DNA of 36,154 nucleotides from a virus (Duplodnaviria; Heunggongvirae; Uroviricota; Caudoviricetes): IMG/VR virus record IMGVR_UViG_2778261278_000009; one strand, 5' to 3'. Shown piece by piece: positions 30,731 to 36,154 of this stretch (position 1 is its first letter; each line of letters starts with the position of its first letter). The notes under the pieces were generated by a model. It saw only the letters and a program-made list of their open reading frames with translations, ran no database searches and was not told where the DNA came from. The position numbers and the translations under genes were made by a program.

Positions 30731-33284
30731 ACCGGTAGGCGATCTGGTCGTTGATTTAAGTCTGGATGCGGCCAGATTTGACGAGCAGATGGCCAGAGTC
30801 AGGCGTCATTTTTCCGGTACGGAAACTGATGCGAAAAAAACAGCGGCAGTCGTTGAACAGTCGCTGAGCCGACAGGCGCTGGCTGCACAGAAAGCGGGGA
30901 TTTCCGTCGGGCAGTATAAAGCCGCCATGCGTATGCTGCCTGCACAGTTCACCGACGTGGCCACGCAGCTTGCAGGCGGGCAAAGCCCGTGGCTGATCCT
31001 GCTGCAACAGGGGGGGCAGGTTAAGGACTCCTTCGGCGGGATGATCCCCATGTTCAGGGGGCTTGCCGGTGCGATCACCCTGCCGATGGTGGGGGCCACC
31101 TCGCTGGCGGTGGCGACCGGTGCGCTGGCGTATGCCTGGTATCAGGGCAACTCAACCCTGTCCGATTTCAACAAAACGCTGGTCCTTTCCGGCAATCAGG
31201 CGGGACTGACGGCAGATCGTATGCTGGTCCTGTCCAGAGCCGGGCAGGCGGCAGGGCTGACGTTTAACCAGACCAGCGAGTCACTCAGCGCACTGGTTAA
31301 GGCGGGGGTAAGCGGTGAGGCTCAGATTGCGTCCATCAGCCAGAGTGTGGCGCGTTTCTCCTCTGCATCCGGCGTGGAGGTGGACAAGGTCGCTGAAGCC
31401 TTCGGGAAGCTGACCACAGACCCGACGTCGGGGCTGACGGTGATGGCACGCCAGTTCCATAACGTGACGGCGGAGCAGATTGCGTATGTTGCTCAGTTGC
31501 AGCGTTCCGGCGATGAAGCCGGGGCATTGCAGGCGGCGAACGAGGCAGCAACGAAAGGGTTTGATGACCAGACCCGCCGCCTGAAAGAGAACATGGGCAC
31601 GCTGGAGACCTGGGCAGACAGGACTGCGCGGGCATTCAAATCCATGTGGGATGCGGTGCTGGATATTGGTCGTCCTGATACCGCGCAGGAGATGCTGATT
31701 AAGGCAGAGGCTGCGTTTAAGAAAGCAGACGACATCTGGAATCTGCGCAAGGATGATTATTTTGTTAACGATGAAGCGCGGGCGCGTTACTGGGATGATC
31801 GTGAAAAGGCCCGTCTTGCGCTTGAAGCCGCCCGAAAGAAGGCTGAGCAGCAGACTCAACAGGACAAAAATGCGCAGCAGCAGAGCGATACCGAAGCGTC
31901 ACGGCTGAAATATACCGAAGAGGCGCAGAAGGCTTACGAACGGCTGCAGACGCCGCTGGAGAAATATACCGCCCGTCAGGAAGAACTGAACAAGGCACTG
32001 AAAGACGGGAAAATCCTGCAGGCGGATTACAACACGCTGATGGCGGCGGCGAAAAAGGATTATGAAGCGACGCTGAAAAAGCCGAAACAGTCCGGCGTGA
32101 AGGTGTCTGCGGGCGATCGTCAGGAAGACAGTGCTCATGCTGCCCTGCTGACGCTTCAGGCAGAACTCCGGACGCTGGAGAAGCATGCCGGAGCAAATGA
32201 GAAAATCAGCCAGCAGCGCCGGGATTTGTGGAAGGCGGAGAGTCAGTTCGCGGTACTGGAGGAGGCGGCGCAACGTCGCCAGCTGTCTGCACAGGAGAAA
32301 TCCCTGCTGGCGCATAAAGATGAGACGCTGGAGTACAAACGCCAGCTGGCTGCACTTGGCGACAAGGTTACGTATCAGGAGCGCCTGAACGCGCTGGCGC
32401 AGCAGGCGGATAAATTCGCACAGCAGCAACGGGCAAAACGGGCCGCCATTGATGCGAAAAGCCGGGGGCTGACTGACCGGCAGGCAGAACGGGAAGCCAC
32501 GGAACAGCGCCTGAAGGAACAGTATGGCGATAATCCGCTGGCGCTGAATAACGTCATGTCAGAGCAGAAAAAGACCTGGGCGGCTGAAGACCAGCTTCGC
32601 GGGAACTGGATGGCAGGCCTGAAGTCCGGCTGGAGTGAGTGGGAAGAGAGCGCCACGGACAGTATGTCGCAGGTAAAAAGTGCAGCCACGCAGACCTTTG
32701 ATGGTATTGCACAGAATATGGCGGCGATGCTGACCGGCAGTGAGCAGAACTGGCGCAGCTTCACCCGTTCCGTGCTGTCCATGATGACAGAAATTCTGCT
32801 TAAGCAGGCAATGGTGGGGATTGTCGGGAGTATCGGCAGCGCCATTGGCGGGGCTGTTGGTGGCGGCGCATCCGCGTCAGACGGTACAGCCATTCAGGCC
32901 GCTGCGGCGAAATTCCATTTTGCAACCGGAGGATTTACGGGAACCGGCGGCAAATATGAGCCAGCGGGGATTGTTCACCGTGGTGAGTTTGTCTTCACGA
33001 AGGAGGCAACCAGCCGGATTGGCGTGGGGAATCTTTACCGGCTGATGCGCGGCTATGCCACCGGCGGTTATGTCGGTACACCGGGCAGCATGGCAGACAG
33101 CCGGTCGCAGGCGTCCGGGACGTTTGAGCAGAATAACCATGTGGTGATTAACAACGACGGCACGAACGGGCAGATAGGTCCGGCTGCTCTGAAGGCGGTG
33201 TATGACATGGCCCGCAAGGGTGCCCGTGATGAAATTCAGACACAGATGCGTGATGGTGGCCTGTTCTCCGGAGGTGGACGATGA
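30723..33284 (+). CDS. H: Tail tape measure protein H
   Basis: 853 aa, matches lambda gpH as recalled. Confidence 0.95.
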   Translation: MAEPVGDLVVDLSLDAARFDEQMARVRRHFSGTETDAKKTAAVVEQSLSRQALAAQKAGISVGQYKAAMRMLPAQFTDVATQLAGGQSPWLILLQQGGQVKDSFGGMIPMFRGLAGAITLPMVGATSLAVATGALAYAWYQGNSTLSDFNKTLVLSGNQAGLTADRMLVLSRAGQAAGLTFNQTSESLSALVKAGVSGEAQIASISQSVARFSSASGVEVDKVAEAFGKLTTDPTSGLTVMARQFHNVTAEQIAYVAQLQRSGDEAGALQAANEAATKGFDDQTRRLKENMGTLETWADRTARAFKSMWDAVLDIGRPDTAQEMLIKAEAAFKKADDIWNLRKDDYFVNDEARARYWDDREKARLALEAARKKAEQQTQQDKNAQQQSDTEASRLKYTEEAQKAYERLQTPLEKYTARQEELNKALKDGKILQADYNTLMAAAKKDYEATLKKPKQSGVKVSAGDRQEDSAHAALLTLQAELRTLEKHAGANEKISQQRRDLWKAESQFAVLEEAAQRRQLSAQEKSLLAHKDETLEYKRQLAALGDKVTYQERLNALAQQADKFAQQQRAKRAAIDAKSRGLTDRQAEREATEQRLKEQYGDNPLALNNVMSEQKKTWAAEDQLRGNWMAGLKSGWSEWEESATDSMSQVKSAATQTFDGIAQNMAAMLTGSEQNWRSFTRSVLSMMTEILLKQAMVGIVGSIGSAIGGAVGGGASASDGTAIQAAAAKFHFATGGFTGTGGKYEPAGIVHRGEFVFTKEATSRIGVGNLYRLMRGYATGGYVGTPGSMADSRSQASGTFEQNNHVVINNDGTNGQIGPAALKAVYDMARKGARDEIQTQMRDGGLFSGGGR

Positions 33285-33610
33285 AGACCTTCCGCTGGAA
33301 AGTGAAACCCGGTATGGATGTGGCTTCGGTCCCTTCTGTAAGAAAGGTGCGCTTTGGTGATGGCTATTCTCAGCGAGCGCCTGCCGGGCTGAATGCCAAC
33401 CTGAAAACGTACAGCGTGACGCTTTCTGTCCCCCGTGAGGAGGCCACGGTACTGGAGTCGTTTCTGGAAGAGCACGGGGGCTGGAAATCCTTTCTGTGGA
33501 CGCCGCCTTATGAGTGGCGGCAGATAAAGGTGACCTGCGCAAAATGGTCGTCGCGGGTCAGTATGCTGCGTGTTGAGTTCAGCGCAGAGTTTGAACAGGT
33601 GGTGAACTGA
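33281..33610 (+). CDS. M: Minor tail protein M
   Basis: 109 aa, matches lambda gpM as recalled. Confidence 0.9.
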   Translation: MKTFRWKVKPGMDVASVPSVRKVRFGDGYSQRAPAGLNANLKTYSVTLSVPREEATVLESFLEEHGGWKSFLWTPPYEWRQIKVTCAKWSSRVSMLRVEFSAEFEQVVN

Positions 33611-34308
33611 TGCAGGATATCCGGCAGGAAACACTGAATGAATGCACCCGTGCGGAGCAGTCGGCCAGCGTGGTGCTCTGGGAAATCGACCTGACAGAGG
33701 TCGGTGGAGAACGTTATTTTTTCTGTAATGAGCAGAACGAAAAAGGTGAGCCGGTCACCTGGCAGGGGCGACAGTATCAGCCGTATCCCATTCAGGGGAG
33801 CGGTTTTGAACTGAATGGCAAAGGCACCAGTACGCGCCCCACGCTGACGGTTTCTAACCTGTACGGTATGGTCACCGGGATGGCGGAAGATATGCAGAGT
33901 CTGGTCGGCGGAACGGTGGTCCGGCGTAAGGTTTACGCCCGTTTTCTGGATGCGGTGAACTTCGTCAACGGAAACAGTGACGCCGATCCGGAGCAGGAGG
34001 TGATCAGCCGCTGGCGCATTGAGCAGTGCAGCGAACTGAGCGCGGTGAGTGCCTCCTTTGTACTGTCCACGCCGACGGAAACGGATGGCGCTGTTTTTCC
34101 GGGACGTATCATGCTGGCCAACACCTGCACCTGGACCTATCGCGGTGACGAGTGCGGTTATAGCGGTCCGGCTGTCGCGGATGAATATGACCAGCCAACG
34201 TCCGATATCACGAAGGATAAATGCAGCAAATGCCTGAGCGGTTGTAAGTTCCGCAATAACGTCGGCAACTTTGGCGGCTTCCTTTCCATTAACAAACTTT
34301 CGCAGTAA
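33610..34308 (+). CDS. L: Minor tail protein L
   Basis: 232 aa, matches lambda gpL as recalled. Confidence 0.9.
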   Translation: MQDIRQETLNECTRAEQSASVVLWEIDLTEVGGERYFFCNEQNEKGEPVTWQGRQYQPYPIQGSGFELNGKGTSTRPTLTVSNLYGMVTGMAEDMQSLVGGTVVRRKVYARFLDAVNFVNGNSDADPEQEVISRWRIEQCSELSAVSASFVLSTPTETDGAVFPGRIMLANTCTWTYRGDECGYSGPAVADEYDQPTSDITKDKCSKCLSGCKFRNNVGNFGGFLSINKLSQ

Positions 34309-34313
34309 ATCCC

Positions 34314-35057
34314 ATGACACAGACAGAATCAGCGGTTCTGGCGCACGCCCGGCGATGTGCGCCAGCGGAGTCGTGCGGCTTCGTGGTAAGCACGCCGGAG
34401 GGGGAAAGATATTTCCCCTGCGTGAATATCTCCGGTGAGCCGGAGGCGTATTTCCGTATGTCGCCGGAAGACTGGCTGCAGGCAGAAATGCAGGGTGAGA
34501 TTGTGGCGCTGGTCCACAGCCACCCCGGTGGTCTGCCCTGGCTGAGTGAGGCCGACCGGCGGCTGCAGGTGCAGAGTGATTTGCCGTGGTGGCTGGTCTG
34601 CCGGGGGACGATTCATAAGTTCCGCTGTGTGCCGCATCTCACCGGGCGGCGCTTTGAGCACGGGGTGACGGACTGTTACACGCTGTTCCGGGACGCTTAC
34701 CATCTGGCGGGAATTGAGATGCCGGATTTTCATCGCGGGGATGACTGGTGGCGTCACGGTCAGAATCTCTATCTGGATAATCTGGAGGCCACAGGGCTGT
34801 ATCAGGTGCCGTTGTCATCAGCACAACCGGGCGATGTGCTGCTGTGCTGCTTTGGTTCATCGGTGCCGAATCATGCCGCCATTTACTGTGGTGACGGCGA
34901 GCTGCTGCACCATATTCCTGAACAACTGAGCAAACGAGAGAGGTATACCGACAAATGGCAGCGACGCACACACTCCCTCTGGCGTCACCGGGCATGGCGC
35001 GCATCTGCCTTTACGGGGATTTACAACGATTTGGCCGCCGCATCGATCTGCGTGTGA
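34314..35057 (+). CDS. K: Tail tip assembly protein K
   Basis: 247-aa ORF matching lambda gpK as recalled; its 3' end overlaps the I start by about 100 nt. Confidence 0.85.
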   Translation: MTQTESAVLAHARRCAPAESCGFVVSTPEGERYFPCVNISGEPEAYFRMSPEDWLQAEMQGEIVALVHSHPGGLPWLSEADRRLQVQSDLPWWLVCRGTIHKFRCVPHLTGRRFEHGVTDCYTLFRDAYHLAGIEMPDFHRGDDWWRHGQNLYLDNLEATGLYQVPLSSAQPGDVLLCCFGSSVPNHAAIYCGDGELLHHIPEQLSKRERYTDKWQRRTHSLWRHRAWRASAFTGIYNDLAAASICV

Positions 35058-35596
35058 AAACGGGGGCCGAAGCCATCCGGGCGCTGGCCATGCAGATCCC
35101 GGCGTTTCGTCAGAAGCTGAGCGACGGCTGGTATCAGGTACGCATTGCCGGGCGTGATACAGGTGAAACGGAATTATCAGCCCGTCTTAATGAACCGCTG
35201 GCAAATGGTGCTGTGATCCATATCGTGCCGCGTCTGGCGGGAGCCAAAAGTGGCGGTGTGTTTCAGGCTGTGCTGGGGGCGGCTGTTATGGCGGTTGCTA
35301 TATGGATGCCGGGGGTAGGAATTATGGCGAGTAATCTGCTGTTTTCTCTCGGTGCCAGTATGACGCTTGGCGGTGTTGCACAGATGCTGGCCCCTAAACC
35401 CAAAACCCCCCGCACACAGACAACGGATAACGGCAAACAGAACACCTATTTTTCTTCACTGGATAACATGGTTGCCCAGGGCAATGTTCTGCCTGTTCTG
35501 TACGGTGAAATGCGCGTGGGGTCACGCGTGGTTTCTCAGGAGATCAGCACGGCAGACGAAGGGGATGGTGGTCAGGTTGTGGTGATTGGTCGCTGA
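34955..35596 (+). CDS. I: Tail tip assembly protein I
   Basis: 213 aa from MAATHTLPLASPGMARICLYGDLQRFG..., matches lambda gpI as recalled. Confidence 0.85.
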   Translation: MAATHTLPLASPGMARICLYGDLQRFGRRIDLRVKTGAEAIRALAMQIPAFRQKLSDGWYQVRIAGRDTGETELSARLNEPLANGAVIHIVPRLAGAKSGGVFQAVLGAAVMAVAIWMPGVGIMASNLLFSLGASMTLGGVAQMLAPKPKTPRTQTTDNGKQNTYFSSLDNMVAQGNVLPVLYGEMRVGSRVVSQEISTADEGDGGQVVVIGR

Positions 35597-35614
35597 TGCA
35601 AAATGTTTTATGTG

Positions 35615-35640
35615 AAACCGCCTGCGGGCGGTTTTGTCGT
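35615..35640 (+). terminator. Hairpin plus T-rich tract between I and J
   Basis: ACCGCC-TGCG-GGCGGT followed by TTTTGTCGTTT. Confidence 0.35.
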
Positions 35641-35656
35641 TTATGGAGCGTGAGGA

Positions 35657-36154
35657 ATGGGTAAAGGAAGCAGTAAGGGGCATACCCCGCGCGAAGCGAA
35701 GGACAACCTGAAGTCCACGCAGTTGCTGAGTGTGATTGATGCCATCAGTGAAGGGCCGATTGAAGGTCCGGTGGATGGATTAAAAAGCGTGCTGCTGAAC
35801 AGTACGCCGGTGCTGGACAGTGATGGGAATACCAACATCGCCGGTGTCACGGTGGTGTTCCGGGCTGGTGAGCAGGAGCAGACTCCGCCGGAGGGATTTG
35901 AATCCTCCGGTTCCGAGACGGTGTTGGGTACGGAAGTGAAATACGACACGCCGATCACCCGCGCCATCACGTCGGCAAACATCGACCGACTGCGCTTTAC
36001 CTTCGGTGTGCAGGCACTGGTGGAAACCACCTCAAAGGGTGACAGGAATCCGTCGGAAGTTCGCCTGCTGGTTCAGATACAGCGTAATGGTGGCTGGGTG
36101 ACGGAAAAAGACATCACCATTAAGGGCAAAACCACCTCGCAGTATCTGGCCTCG
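35657..36154 (+). CDS. J: Tail fibre/tip attachment protein J (N-terminal 166 aa only; continues beyond window)
   Basis: MGKGSSKGHTPREAKDNLKSTQLLSVIDAISEGPIEG... matches lambda gpJ N-terminus as recalled; ORF open at window end. Confidence 0.9.
   Translation, partial: MGKGSSKGHTPREAKDNLKSTQLLSVIDAISEGPIEGPVDGLKSVLLNSTPVLDSDGNTNIAGVTVVFRAGEQEQTPPEGFESSGSETVLGTEVKYDTPITRAITSANIDRLRFTFGVQALVETTSKGDRNPSEVRLLVQIQRNGGWVTEKDITIKGKTTSQYLAS

Overview
The window is a near-complete lambdoid prophage in prophage gene order: int-xis, Red recombination (exo-bet-gam), immunity (cI-cro), replication (O-P-ren), nin region (ninB-ninE-ybcO-rusA-Q), lysis (S-R-Rz/Rz1, bor), cos, then packaging, head and tail genes Nu1 through J, which runs off the 3' end. 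All calls rest on reading the sequence and recalling protein families from memory; no database search was run. The Red genes, O/P/ren, cos and the whole Nu1-to-J morphogenesis block look essentially identical to phage lambda. The integrase, immunity region, Q and lysis cassette are non-lambda (phage 21/82/DLP12-like), so the element is a mosaic. No N, rex, cIII or lambda-type kil/cII genes are present. The interesting parts are the accessory cargo: (1) an AT-rich membrane-protein plus SAM-methyltransferase moron next to a PAPS-reductase-like PP-loop enzyme, between the traR-like gene and exo; (2) a P22 immI-like mnt/arc/ant module with extra unknown genes, including a protein carrying a candidate HEPN RNase motif, inserted between ren and ninB; (3) an inverted porin moron between Q and the late terminator; (4) a structured early-left leader in a phage that lacks any N-like ORF. 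No tRNA, rRNA or CRISPR array was found.
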